Of a stretch of DNA of 64,000 bases, positions 46,552 to 60,290 are shown one piece after another. Location: NCBI GenBank assembly GCA_951406725.2, contig OX597832.1, positions 25,358,001 to 25,422,000 on the forward strand. Direction: 5' to 3'. The notes beneath the pieces are model-generated. The model was not told the origin of the DNA. It saw only the letters and a list, made by a program, of their open reading frames with translations, and searched no databases. Numbering within the stretch: the first letter of the stretch is position 1; each line of letters begins with the position of its first letter. The stretch is from Octopus vulgaris. Lineage: Eukaryota. The translations under genes and the position numbers were made by a program.

Positions 46552-47354
46552 AATCTATCTACCTACCTATTTCTCTGCCTGCCTGTCTATCAATATCCAT
46601 CTCTCCATCTCTCCCTGTACCTCCTCCTTTCCCGCTTCAGCAGGGCCTCTATTCATCACCTACTCCTCCCTCTCTCTCACACAATCCCTTTGTGTCTGTC
46701 TCTAACCCGCCCACTCTTCTCACAAATCCACCAACCAACGCCAACCGACAACCATCAGGTCAACCACTTACCGACAGACACTTAAGCTGCAGCTGCTGCT
46801 GATGCTTCTGCTAAACCACCTTAACTTTCTACTCACACTTCCACCTTTCTTTTCGCCACCATCTCCGCCCCACCTACTTTCTCTCTTCTCTTCTCCCTCG
46901 TTTTCTCCCCCCTCTCTCTCTCATTTTCCTTCGCTTCCTTTCTCTATTCTTCTCTCTCTCCGTCCTTTTTTCCTTAATTCCTTTTCTCTCTCTCTCTTAT
47001 CTATTTTAAATTCCTTCTCGCACCTTATATTTACATAAATAAATACACACACACACACACACACACATACACGCGCGCGCACACACACACAAACCTTTTC
47101 TATTCTTTTACTCTTTTATTTGTTTCAGTCATTTGACTGCGGCCATGCTGGAGTGCCGCCTTGAAGGGTTTTACTCAGACTTTATTCTTAAAGCTTAGTA
47201 CTTATTTTATCGGTCTGTTTTGCCGAACCGCTAGTTACGAGTAGGTAAACAAACCAGCACCGGTTGTCAAGCGGTAATGGGGGAACAAAGTCATTAACAC
47301 ACAGACACACACACACATGCATATATGCATATATATATATATATATATATAATA

Positions 47355-47515
47355 TAATTCGAGACAAAACCACTATTTTAAAAGCAAACAAGAAAAGACT
47401 TAATCAATACATAAAATTTTAATATAAATTTATTTATTTAATTTATATTAAAATTTTATGTATTGATTAAGTCTTTTCTTGTTTGGTTTTAAAATAGTGG
47501 TTTTGTCTCGAATTA
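47355..47515. repeat. Long near-perfect inverted repeat (76-bp arms, 9-nt spacer)
   Basis: 47355-47430 is the reverse complement of 47440-47515 with one mismatch. Confidence 0.95.
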
Positions 47516-47600
47516 ATATTATATAATATTTTACTATAAAATTGGATTAACCCTAAATCTGATTTTTCCCTGTAATTTTGGATTCATTCCCTAATATTTT

Positions 47601-47679
<79 letters not shown>

Positions 47680-47699
47680 CATATATATATACACATATA

Positions 47700-47874
47700 G
47701 GCGCAGGAGTGGCTGTGTGGTAAGTAGCTTGCTTACCAACCACATGGTTCCGGGTTCATTCCCACTGCGTGGCACCTTGGGCAAGTGTCTTCTGCTATAG
47801 CCCCGGGTCGACCAATGCCTTGTGAGTGGATTTGGTAGACGGAAACTGAAAGAAGCCTGTCGTATATATATATA

Positions 47875-47970
<96 letters not shown>

Positions 47971-48178
47971 TTGTGTGTCTGTGTTTGTCCCCCTAGCATT
48001 GCTTGACAACCGATGCTGGTGTGTTTACGTCCCCGTCACTTAGCGGTTCGGCAAAAAGACCGATAGAATAAGTACTGGACTTACAAAAATAAGTCCCGGG
48101 GTCGATTTGCTCGACTAAAGGCGGTGCTCCAGCATGGCCGCAGTCAAATGACTGAAACAAGTAAAAGAGTAAAGAGTA
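47700..48178 (+). mobile_element. Full-length tRNA-derived SINE, family A
   Basis: A-box TGGCTGTGTGG (47710-47720), B-box-like GTTCATTCC (47754-47762), internal (AT)/(GT) tract, tail ...gactgaaacaagtaaaagagt. Many copies in the window. Confidence 0.92.
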
Positions 48179-48196
48179 TATATATATATGCTATAG

Positions 48197-48258
<62 letters not shown>

Positions 48259-48448
48259 CACATACGAGGCTTTTCTCCGTTTCCGTCTACCAAATCCACT
48301 CACTAGGCTGGTGAGGCTATGGTAGAGGCCCAAAATGGCACGCTGTGGATGAACCGGGACCATGTGGTCAGGAGACCAACTTGTTTGCATCTCAAAAACT
48401 TTATTGAAATTGTAAAGAATGACCTCTGGACCTTTTATTGTAAATTGA

Positions 48449-48480
<32 letters not shown>

Positions 48481-48738
48481 TGTGTGTGTGTGTGATGTGT
48501 GTGTGAGTGTGTGTGTGTGTCCGTAATTTTGCGGTTCGGCAAAAGCGACCCTAGGTTTACAAAGAACCATGACTGGCGTGCTCCAGCAGGCCGCAGTGAC
48601 AAACAAATAAAGAACAAAACAATATATATATATATATATTGATAGAAATTGCAAGACAACAAAAGAAGGAAAGAGACCTCGATATTACGTAAATAGAGGA
48701 ATTTATCTGTAAATGTAATATGACACAATTATTCGATA

Positions 48739-48833
<95 letters not shown>

Positions 48834-48839
48834 CATATG

Positions 48840-48961
<122 letters not shown>

Positions 48962-49614
48962 TATATATATACACATACACACATATACATATACATATAT
49001 ATATATAAGGATATTAGTGTTAATAATTTACAATAATATCAGGTACGACTTGTAAGTACACAGGAGTGTAATCGAAGGAACGGGTAGTATCCTTTAGCAT
49101 TTTTATAACTTTTATTCACTTCGATCATCTTTTTAAATTTTACGTGACATTAAAAATAATTATCAAGCACTGCAAATTGGGAAGCACTCAGCTTTACCGC
49201 TAAAAATGCGAAACTGAATATTACCAATTGATCGATAATCGACGAGGAATTACGGACGTTCTGTTTGTCCCCCGTTCGTGTTTTACATTCAGTATATATG
49301 CACACGTTGTTTGTTTATAGATTTTTTTCCTTTATCAAGTAATAGAACGCAACAAGCAACCATTTTGTATTAAGTAAGTTTTATATTTATACGCTTTAAC
49401 TTTCTTTTACTTGTTTCAGTCATTTGACCGTGGCCATGCTGGAGCACCGCCTTTAGTCGAGCAAATCGTCCCCAGGACTTATTTTTTGTTAGCCTAGTAC
49501 TTATTCTATCGGTACCCTTTGCCGAACCGCTAAGTTACGGGGACGTAAACACACCAGGATCGGTTGTCGATCGATGTTGGAGGGACAAACACAGACACAC
49601 AAACATATACACAC

Positions 49615-49689
<75 letters not shown>

Positions 49690-49707
49690 ATATGTTACAT
49701 TACTCGG

Positions 49708-49781
49708 TAGTCAAGATAAAACTCTGAGTTTCAGATGCCGAAGTGGAAATCCACAACACCATCTCTTCGGTTATCTGACTA
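49708..49781 (-). ncRNA. Hammerhead-like motif (CCGAAGA core variant), nested in a SINE's internal microsatellite
   Basis: tagtcagataa CCGAAGA GAUG...CAUC u GAAA CUC a GAG UU ttatcttgacta: 11-bp stem I with one bulge, quasi-palindromic stem III AACUC-A-GAGUU. Confidence 0.5.
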
Positions 49782-49812
49782 TATATATAAAACGTTATGA
49801 AAAAATACCGTT

Positions 49813-49878
<66 letters not shown>

Positions 49879-50021
49879 TATGATGGGCTTCTTTCAGTTT
49901 CCGTCTAAGAAATCCACTCACAAGTCTTTGGTCCGCCCGAGGCTATAGTAAAAGACATTTGCCCAAGGTGTCACGGAGTGGGACTGAACGCGGAACCGTG
50001 GGGTTGGGAAGCAAGCTACTT

Positions 50022-50509
50022 TATTTCATTAAATTTGTCATATAGACAGTACAAAGATTGGGTAACTTTGCGGGCTGGGCAAACACATTGATGAATGAAA
50101 ATAAAATAAAATGAATAGATGAGAGACGAAACCCAACACCCGCCGATTGAATTTTTCTTAAAAACATATTTTCTTTTTTTAAAAATCAATATGAGGTTTC
50201 AAACCTCTTATAAGAAGGAGGCACTAAAACCTCTTACTTAACATGTTTTTTTTTAAACACACAATTGAGGTTATAAACCACTACAAACAATGCAATAAGA
50301 TGAGGTTTCAAACCCTCTAACGAGGCTTTTTCACCTCCTACTCATCGATATATCCATCATTATCTTCAATGCCGCTTGAGTTCCTGTATCCTGGCATTTC
50401 CCATGCCTCACTCATGTAGGACATGTAAGTCGTGTAAGGGCCACCCGGCCATATGCGACACTCCTCCCCGTATCCTTTAAGCCTTTCCCACAAGGGAAAC
50501 CTTATGACC
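50022..50509 (-). mobile_element. Unidentified 5'-truncated retroposed insert with 17-bp target-site duplication
   Basis: tgggaagcaagctactt (50005-50021) and tgggaagcaagctattt (50510-50526) flank it and the host SINE resumes afterwards. A 56-codon open frame ends at TAG 50338-50340; the minus strand ends in ...gaaataaa. Confidence 0.7.
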
Positions 50510-51051
50510 TGGGAAGCAAGCTATTTACCGCACACCCACTCCTACGCCTATTTGAGAATTTTTTTTTTCATTTTGTCATTGCAAACAGACTGTCGTTTAT
50601 CGATTAGTCATGCCATCTTCATTAATCACCCCAGTCTTCACACAAAAAAACTAAAAAAACTCAAAGAAATACATAAAAAAATAAACAGCAGCAAATGCCG
50701 TTTGAATTCTGCAAACAAGTGTTTCTCTTCATTTTAATTGTATTTCTCTAAATTTTTATTTTATTCTAATTTATTTTATTTTATTTTGTTTTGTTTTATT
50801 TTATTTTATTTATTTAATTTTTGACAAAATAAAGCCGAAACAAAAAGTACTTTATTACCAAAAAAACCCAAAAAATAACAAAAAAACAAAAACTAAAAAA
50901 AAAGAGTTAGCTTCATTAAATTATGGGATTTCGTTTCACAAGTTGCAGCTATACAAACAGTCTCTAATCGGAGTTTAGCGAAGCATAATAAATCTTTAAC
51001 CAAACGTTAGCATTAAAATAGATTGAAACAGCACCAACACCACCGTCATCG

Positions 51052-51084
<33 letters not shown>

Positions 51085-51464
51085 CTATCATCATCATCAC
51101 TATCATCATCATCATGATCCTCCTCCTCCTCCTCCTCCTCCTCCTCCTCCTCCTCATCATCATCATCATCGTCATCGTCATCGTCGTCGTCATCGTCGTC
51201 GTCTACGTCGGCATCATTATCACCATCATTGTCATCGCCGACAACAACAACACCACCACTACCACCACATGAACAAAAACGACAGCAGCAACAAAAACAA
51301 AAACAGGAGAAAGGACGAACAATGAGAGGGCAATGTGAAGCACAGTGTTCGGCTTGATAGAAATAACAGTCAAATGCCCTTCAGTTCACACCTTTCAGCG
51401 CTCAAATAATCTATGTAGTATCCTTATACACACACACACATACATACATACATACATTAAGATA

Positions 51465-52647
51465 TGTTTCTTTATTAGCCACACAGGGCTGCACACAGAT
51501 AGAACAAATTACAAGGTAGAGCTTTTCTTTTGAAGGTTTAAAAAAAAAAAAAAAAAAAAAGGGGAAGGGGGAGTTTCGATCAAAAGGGATCGTAAAAGGA
51601 GAGAAAAGAGGACAAAAAAAGGGGGGTTAAAAAAAAAGGGGGAGAGGAAAAAAAGGGGGAGAGGAAAAAAAGGGGGAGAGGAAAAAAAAAAAATTGATCA
51701 ATAGGGATCGTTATCACAGAAATGTCAATATGAATTGTAAAGGGGAGGACAGGTGAGGTTTACCCGTGGAAAGAAAAGCCTACGGAAAAGACCACGGTAA
51801 CCTCGGTCAATGAAGTCACATTTTATATTCCTTTTTTTTTTTTTTTTTTTTTTTTTTTTGCAAATAAGCAACTCTCTGTTTTCGATTTCTGGGTTCATAG
51901 GACTATGCTCAAGGTGGCTTCGTCATTCATACGTGCCATTCTTGCTACATTCACCCATCTTTTTTTAAAACATTCGCTAGACAAAACTTGCCTCTCTACT
52001 CTCACTTTCCTTTTCAAGTGGTACTTGAAGAAGTTGATGAGAGATTGACCAGAGAGGAAAGTGTTTGTCTCCAATCCTTTCAGACGCGTCCACCAGATAC
52101 ATTCTTTCGCCATAGCCACAAGGATGATGAAAATAGCTCTTCCTTCCCGTTTGAAGGAAGGAGGCGTGACAATATTGACGATAGACTCAGCTAATAAACC
52201 GACTCGTCCCACACGTGACAGCAGTTGTTCGACATAAGCCCACAGGTCGGAAATTGTTGGACACTGAAAGAGTGCGTGCAGAACGGTTTCGTCGCTCTGA
52301 CCGCATCTCGGGCAGGTCGGCCCCGTGTTTCTCGAGCCGTGTCTGTAGAGCTTATCCCGAACGGGTAGCGCCTCTCGGTAGCACTGCCAGGCCAGGGATC
52401 TCTGGAAGTTGTCCATGGGCCCTGGCCCGAAAGTCGTCCTGAACAGGCGGGTCAGGTACTCCTCGTCGACGTCCAGGTTCGCCCCGAGCTCGTCGTCGTA
52501 CCTCCCCTCCACTAAACCCCTATAGAATGCTTTGGTTGTGTTGAAGTCACTTAAGGTCGACCCAGGACGGCAGAGTTGCTTGAGAGCAACGCGACACTCG
52601 CGGTGCCATTCGCCCTTCCTCGGCCTCTTTTTGATCCACGACTGCAG
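51465..52647 (-). mobile_element. 5'-truncated Tx1/L1-clade LINE: ORF2 C-terminus and 3' UTR
   Basis: Frame is open 52647-51895 (250 aa, LQSWIKKRPRK...CPRCGQSDETVLHALFQC...IWWTR...FKKRW), with a zf-RVT-type CCHC motif. T-rich 3' UTR ends with AATAAA; 5' end abuts (GATA)n. Confidence 0.88.
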
Positions 52648-52886
52648 ATAGATAGATAAATAGATAGAGATACATTCGTGCTTTATCTCGAACGAATGGG
52701 AGCGGAGTGCTCAATACATGTTGTAGAGTATATGGGCTTTAATAAAACTGAAACTGTATTTGTCTCCCCTCTCGAGTATCACGCTACTACAATCTTCAGG
52801 AGCTTCTTCTGAAGATGGTGTAACGCGAGACAAACTACAAGCTTGAATGTTCTACATGATTAAGGTCTGGATCTAAACAATCACAA

Positions 52887-53116
52887 CAGTGTTTCTTAAG
52901 CAATTTCTTTTTCATCTATGGATCCCTTTGATTCTTATTTTGCTCGAGCGGACCCTAAAAGAATCATAATATATTTTTATGAGTAAATATTATTAAGAAT
53001 TGTATAAAAATAATTATTAATATATCGTGTATATTGTAGAAGCAAAACCAATTTAATACAGATAAATTTTATATGGTTCCGCCAAGAGTCATGTGGACCC
53101 TGGTTGAAAATCACAG
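52887..53116. mobile_element. hAT-like MITE
   Basis: Ends cagtgtttcttaagca / tggttgaaaatcacag; left half recurs at 27537-27640 (cagtgtttctcaaccag...ctatggacccctt). No clear TSD. Confidence 0.55.
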
Positions 53117-53905
53117 ATTTACAGCATAACATTGAGATACTGAGGGGTGAAGGCACATGGCCTAATGGTTATAGCATTCTGGTCTCGATCTTTGTGTATT
53201 GAATTCCTGGGGTGGGTGGCAAAGTATTTAATTTATTTTTACTCCAATCTACCCAAGTGTAGATGAGAACCAACCTAGTGCGAGTACTACCCTTTCTCTC
53301 TCAATCTGTCACATCTTTGATAATTCGTGGGGTCAAAGAATTGAGCGACGAAGGAAAGAGTCTATGCAGTAGCATCTAGCTAGCGTGTTCCTGCCGTGGT
53401 AGCCCTTCATTTTGCCGTCTACCCCAACACCCGAACACAGGGTTGTACAGTAGATCCAACATGACAAACCCATAAAAGCGTCGCTTGGACATAACAGCCA
53501 CCATTGCAACTCCCGTAACTATGTTTCTGTGGCTATGTTTCTTTGCAACCATATAAGCCCTTTAAACATTTAGCGACCATATTAGAACCCTAAACATTTA
53601 GCCACCGTATAGTATAGTTTACCAGGTCATGCTCGCTCGTGAGTGACGGCTTGAGAGCCGGTTTAACTTTAGTATATTGGCCCGACGTCTTGATACGAAC
53701 TGAAAGATTCCTCACTCCCGAATAATTTATGTTGTCCGGGACAAAATTGGTGATATGTCTGGTTTTAAAAACAGCGGGGAACAGGGAGATTTAAGGGAGA
53801 CTGCGATATTGTTTTTAGTTGATCTAAGTTAGCTGTTGAATGATTATTTCGCAGGGACATTGATGGATGGATGGATAGATAGATAGATAGATGGATTGAT
53901 AGATG

Positions 53906-54004
<99 letters not shown>

Positions 54005-54105
54005 TGAGAGATGGATAGACAGACAGAAGACAGACAGATAGATAGATAAATAGAGAGACAGAGAGACAGATAAATAGATAGATACATACATACATACAAA
54101 CATAC

Positions 54106-54136
<31 letters not shown>

Positions 54137-54168
54137 CATACATACATACATACACATACATACATACA

Positions 54169-54202
<34 letters not shown>

Positions 54203-54625
54203 CATACATACAGGCTGACAGACAGGCAAACAGACTGCTAGAAAGATAAATAAATGGATAGATAAATTATTTTAAAGTATATAATTATACAATATAATTA
54301 TAATTAAGGGCTCTGCAATGCCAGGGCCTATAAGCTAGAAGTAGATGCCAAATACCTACAATCCACACTAAGATAAATTAGAGAGGGGGGAAGAGAGAGA
54401 GAGAGAGAGGAAGAAAGAAAGAAACAAAGAAGGAAAAAAAAGCAAGAAAGAGAATGAGTCATTGATAAATTCATCCATCCATACATACATACATACACAC
54501 ATACACACATACATGCATGCATATATACATACATGCATACATACATTCACACATACATGCATGCATGCATCCATACGCACACGCATATATAGAGACAGAA
54601 ACATACATACATACAGACAGACAGG

Positions 54626-54656
<31 letters not shown>

Positions 54657-54829
54657 CTAGAAAAATAAATAAATGGATAGATAAATTAGAGAGAGAGAGA
54701 GAGAGCGAGAGAATGAGTCTGAGAGATAGATAAAGACATCCATCCATCCATCCATGCATACATACAGCTATATGGATAGATATACAGAGCTAGAAAGGTA
54801 AATAGATTCATGAATTATATAGATAGATG

Positions 54830-54907
<78 letters not shown>

Positions 54908-55124
54908 AAGAAAGAAAGAAGGAAAGATAGAAAGAATGTGTGTTAGAAATACAGAATATGATGAGAAAAACACGAGAGGTGGAGAGAGAGTGAGACACAG
55001 AGATATAGAGACAGAATGAAGGAGAGAGTAAGTTAGTGTGTCAGGGAGAGCGATAAGGGGAATAGTGAGAGAGAGACAGAGGGATAGAGAGAGGAAGTGA
55101 GGGAGAGAGAGAGAGAGCCAGGCC

Positions 55125-55156
<32 letters not shown>

Positions 55157-55801
55157 TGAAAGCCAAGCGTTAAAGCGTCCATCGTTAATCAGTTTAGCTT
55201 TCAGTGGATAATATTTGTGTATAAACTAAGTTAGAGATTGGTCGAGAGGTACAGCGGTAGGAGGGAGAGGAAGGAGAGCGACGGAGTGGGAGGCGATACA
55301 AAGCGCGAACGGTTGTGGGTTGATAGAAACGATAAAGGAGGGAGGGGAGGAGGAGGAGGAAGGTAAATGACGGAAGGAGATTGAAAGGAAGGAAAGAAAG
55401 AAAGGAAAAAGGAAAAAAAACAAGGGAAACAAAAGTGAGTGACGACGCCGCCGTGTGGTTGGTTGGTTGGTTGCTTATCTGACTCTGGTCGGCGGGTGAA
55501 GTGGTTTGTTGGCTGGTTTGTTGGTCGGTCGGAGCAGTCGGAGATGTTTGTATGGTTTGTTAGGAGGAGAGAGAGAGAGAGAGGGGGAGGGGACAGGGAG
55601 AGGGAGGGAGAGAGGCAGAGTGGAAGCAGCTGAGGAGAGAAATGATATGCGTGAGAGAGATGACGTGAGGTGAGGTGAGGTTAGAGAAAGATAAAAAGAA
55701 AGAGAGAGAGAGAAGATAGAGTAACAGGATAGATAACAGAGAGAGGGAGAGAGAGAGTAATAGATTGATAGACAGAGAGAGAGAGAGAGAAATGGATGGA
55801 T

Positions 55802-55837
<36 letters not shown>

Positions 55838-56724
55838 GGATAGATAGACAGAGAGAGAGAGACAGTAATAGATAAATAGACAGAGAAAGAGAGAGAGAGA
55901 AAGAGGGAAGAGACAGAGCGAGAGAGAGAAAGGAGGAAGAGACAGAGCGAGGAAGAGGGAGGGGAAGAGACACAAAGAGAGAGATAGAGAGGGGGGAAAG
56001 CAGAGAGGAAACAGCGCAGAAAATAAATACTATACGTGAGAGAGGAGATAAAATGAGGTGGAGTTAGAGAGAGAGAGAGAGAAGGAAAGAAAAAAGAAAG
56101 AAAAACAAACGAAAAATAATGAAAGAAAGAAAGAAGATAGGGAGAGTAAAAGATTGATAGGCAGAGAGAGTGAGGGAGAGAGAGAGTGGGAAAGAGTGGG
56201 TAGAGAGGGGGAGGTGTAATAGTGAGAGGCAAAGATCAAGAGAGAGAGAGAAAGCGATAAAGCATGCGTGTGTTTATGTGTGTATGCGTACGAGTGTGTG
56301 TGTGTGACTGCGTGCGCATGGGAATGAGGAAATGAAAACACAAAATAAAGGGAGACAGACAGACAGTTAGACAGACAGACACATAGAGAATGGTAGAAGG
56401 CGTGCGTATGTCGGGGGTAGGTGCGTAAAGAAATTTGCATAACTGCAGAGAAGGTTCTCTTTTAAGCGACTTTGTTTCTTCAAAACATTCAAGAAAATAT
56501 GTTTCTTAAATGAAATTTTTCAAAAATACTTTTTTCCGAGGGTATATATATTACAACTGCTTAGATTATTACGGCTATAGATTTATCACATGCTTGAGGA
56601 GGTGTTTTCGATAGTTCTCTCCAACCCCACCCCACCCGGCACCGATATAGTAATCACCACATACATACATACCTGGTGGTTGTCTACTCTTTATGCAGAG
56701 TTTGACCCCCTCCTGTACCTACAC

Positions 56725-57130
56725 CTTAGCCCCATCATACTATCTGATGTGGCTTTTTAAACCAGACAATGTTCTGAAAAGACACCCACATGGATTGAAC
56801 ATCCGATTTGGACCACCGATACCTGCAGATAAGTTCTGATCTTTGTGGATCTTAAAATGTCTTTTGGGGCCCCTCCGTTGGAATTGCAAACCTTCTGGCA
56901 TACACTGCATTCAAAGATGTGCACAGATATATAGGCAGAATAGTTGGTGGTGGAGGTTCGTTTTCCATGCGTTCGCAGGTGAGATTTGCGGCCAGCTAAA
57001 GACAGGAATGGTCTGTCACAGACTCTGCACACAAAAAGGTCATTGTCATTCACCTTCTCGATCGTTACATTCTTCCTTAGATTTCTTCTGAGTCTTTGTT
57101 CCGTTATCGTAGCCTCTTCAAATGCTTTTA
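56725..57130 (-). pseudogene. RTE-like LINE ORF 3' end with up to three C2H2 zinc fingers, frameshifted
   Basis: VKAFEEATITEQRLRRNLRK...FVCRVCDRPFLSLAGRKSHLRTH...FECSVCQKVCNSNGG, and in another frame CGCLFRTLSGLKSHIR. No TGEKP linkers; starts at (TATG)n. Confidence 0.6.
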
Positions 57131-57215
57131 CATACATACACACATACATACATACATACATACATACATACATACATACATACATACATACATACATACA
57201 CACATACATACATAC

Positions 57216-57258
<43 letters not shown>

Positions 57259-57632
57259 TAATGAATAAAACATATGCATATATATGTACATATATGTACG
57301 TACCTACCTCTACATGTATATATACACGCATATATGAGTACAGGACACCAAAAAACGTCGAACACAATGAGAAACGAAAACATAGACACAAACACAAGGA
57401 ACTGGACATTTTTCTTAAACAACAAAAAAAGAGTAGAGGACAAATAACACAAGGAAAAAACCCCTTCTTCAGTCGATATATATATATATATATAAGGTTA
57501 CACTCCGATGTGTTTACAGGGGATCATTCCAGAGGGTAAAGAAAGGCTATAAGAGGGATCAGGTTGAGTAGGTATAGAGGCAAATATGGGGATAATTAAA
57601 TTTGACACATGAAATTGGATCTCATCTGTAAA

Positions 57633-57713
<81 letters not shown>

Positions 57714-57714
57714 A

Positions 57715-57833
57715 GCTGGCATGCGTTGCACGGTTTGACCAGGGCTGGCAAGCTCGAAGGCTGCAATCAGACTGGAGTCAAGTGCAGCCTTCCAGGTTGC
57801 TAGCCCTGGTCAAACTGTCCGACCCATGCCAGC
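57715..57833. repeat. Inverted repeat of SINE family F tail (51-bp arms)
   Basis: 57715-57765 versus 57783-57833: 44/51 Watson-Crick plus 3 G-U pairs, 17-nt loop. Confidence 0.88.
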
Positions 57834-57964
57834 GTGGACAACGGTCACTAAATGCTGATGATGACAATGATGATGATATATATATACATATATATATACA
57901 CACACACACACAGATACACACGCACACACATTCACACTTACATACCCACACACCTATACTCTTT

Positions 57965-58162
57965 AGTTTCTCTTTTACTTGTTTCCGTCATTTGACTGCG
58001 GCCATGCTGGAGCACCGCCTTTAGTCGAGCAAATCTACCCCGGGACTTATTCTTTGTAAGCCTAGTACATATTCTGTAGGTCTTTTTTGCCGAACCGCTA
58101 AGTGACGGGGACATAAATACACCAGCATCGGTTGTCAAGCAATGCTAGGGGAACAAACACAG

Positions 58163-58197
<35 letters not shown>

Positions 58198-58332
58198 CAT
58201 ATATACGATGGGCTTCTTTCAGTTTCCGTCTACCAAATCCACTCACAAGGCTTTGGTCGGCCCGAGGCTATAGCAGAAGACACTTACCCAAGATGCCACG
58301 CAGTGGTACTGGACCCGGAACCATGTTGGTAA

Positions 58333-58335
<3 letters not shown>
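57965..58335 (-). mobile_element. SINE family A
   Basis: Near-complete reverse complement of 47700-48178, lacking the first ~30 nt. Confidence 0.9.
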
Positions 58336-58393
<58 letters not shown>

Positions 58394-58431
58394 TTATGTA
58401 TGTATGTGTATATAGATATATGTATATATAT

Positions 58432-58509
<78 letters not shown>

Positions 58510-58886
58510 ATGTATGTGTGTATATTGTATGGGTAAGTAGTGTATGACTATGTTAGAGTGTCCGAGTGAATTCCTTTTCTGTTTATATATGTATAAAGCG
58601 TATGCTAAGTTATCATAATAACTCGACACCTAAGTAGCGGCCCTTTAGACTGATAAACATTACAACAATAACAACAACAACAACAACGTCAACGACGACG
58701 ACGACGACGATGACAGTGATAATGCCATCTGTGCGCCAAGACTCGTTCTACAAGTGACAAAGTGTAAGAGCTCTGGAATCTCAGCAAGAAATCAATATTT
58801 CTGCTTTCTTTTATCTCTTCTTCCATGTTATATTCTAAACAGAATTTAGACTGTTGTGGCTTCTCACTCGATATGAATGTTTGTCT

Positions 58887-58952
<66 letters not shown>

Positions 58953-58976
58953 GTTCTATCTATCTATTTATCTATA

Positions 58977-59053
<77 letters not shown>

Positions 59054-59078
59054 GTCTGTCTGCCTATCTATCTATCTG

Positions 59079-59132
<54 letters not shown>

Positions 59133-59136
59133 GTTC

Positions 59137-59177
<41 letters not shown>

Positions 59178-59249
59178 GTTCTATCTATCTATCTATCTAT
59201 CAATATCTATCATGGAGGCATGGGTGGATAGACAGACGAATGGACAGAC

Positions 59250-59283
<34 letters not shown>

Positions 59284-59422
59284 ATGGATGGACGGATGGA
59301 TGGATGGATGGATAGAATATCCAGTTTCTATAATGACACTCACCTTCAGATTTGTGTCACTACATCTAAGCTCTACAGAATTGTTTTTCGCCATGTTAAC
59401 CGAAAGTAATTCCAACATTATG

Positions 59423-59457
59423 TAATAATAATAATGATAATAATAATAATAATAATG

Positions 59458-59552
<95 letters not shown>

Positions 59553-59562
59553 TATAATAATA
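59423..59562. repeat. (AAT)n microsatellite
   Basis: Direct observation. Confidence 0.96.
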
Positions 59563-60030
59563 AAAACAGTATTTTTGAAATAAATGAGAACCGAAATGAA
59601 AACAAACAAATAACAGAAGTTAATCAAGACGTATTTATATATTTATAAATATTTAAATTGCTTAATGAATTAAAAATTAAGGGCATTTAATGACATTTTG
59701 TTTTATTTATTGAAATTATTTTGCAGCATAAAGTTACGTTGGAAAATATTAAACAAAATGGCGTCAATATTTATCTTACGAGACATACTTATTGTAACTT
59801 GATTATTACAGAAGAGTAATTATGTTACTAAAGGGGGAAAATGGTGGCCAAGTGGTAAAAATGTACGGTGTTTGGATTTGGTAATTTGATGATGGGAATA
59901 CCTGATAATGTTTATGATTTCCTATGGGTCATGATGTGATAATGTGTTCTGGGCTCTTAGTAAATAAGCGCGTCTGCTCGTGAAATGCAAATAGAAAAAC
60001 GGATCAGTGTTTGGGGAACGGGTGTATATT

Positions 60031-60067
<37 letters not shown>

Positions 60068-60112
60068 ATATGTATATGTATATATCTTATATATATTTCT
60101 ATAAACTTTTAT

Positions 60113-60145
<33 letters not shown>

Positions 60146-60238
60146 AACATATATATAAATGTTTAAATGTATGACGGAGGTATGAACGATATCATATATA
60201 TATATATGTGTGTGTGTATAGTAAGAGAGATATTACAA

Positions 60239-60290
<52 letters not shown>

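Larger units (their letters stand above)
49400..50550 (-). mobile_element. SINE family A copy carrying two nested insertions
   Basis: Reverse complement of 47700-48178, interrupted at ~49690-49820 (HHR island) and 50022-50509. Confidence 0.88.

Noticed and set aside
47700-47775. tRNA gene
   Set aside because: tRNA-like A/B boxes continue into a multi-copy SINE body; no proper cloverleaf or terminator.
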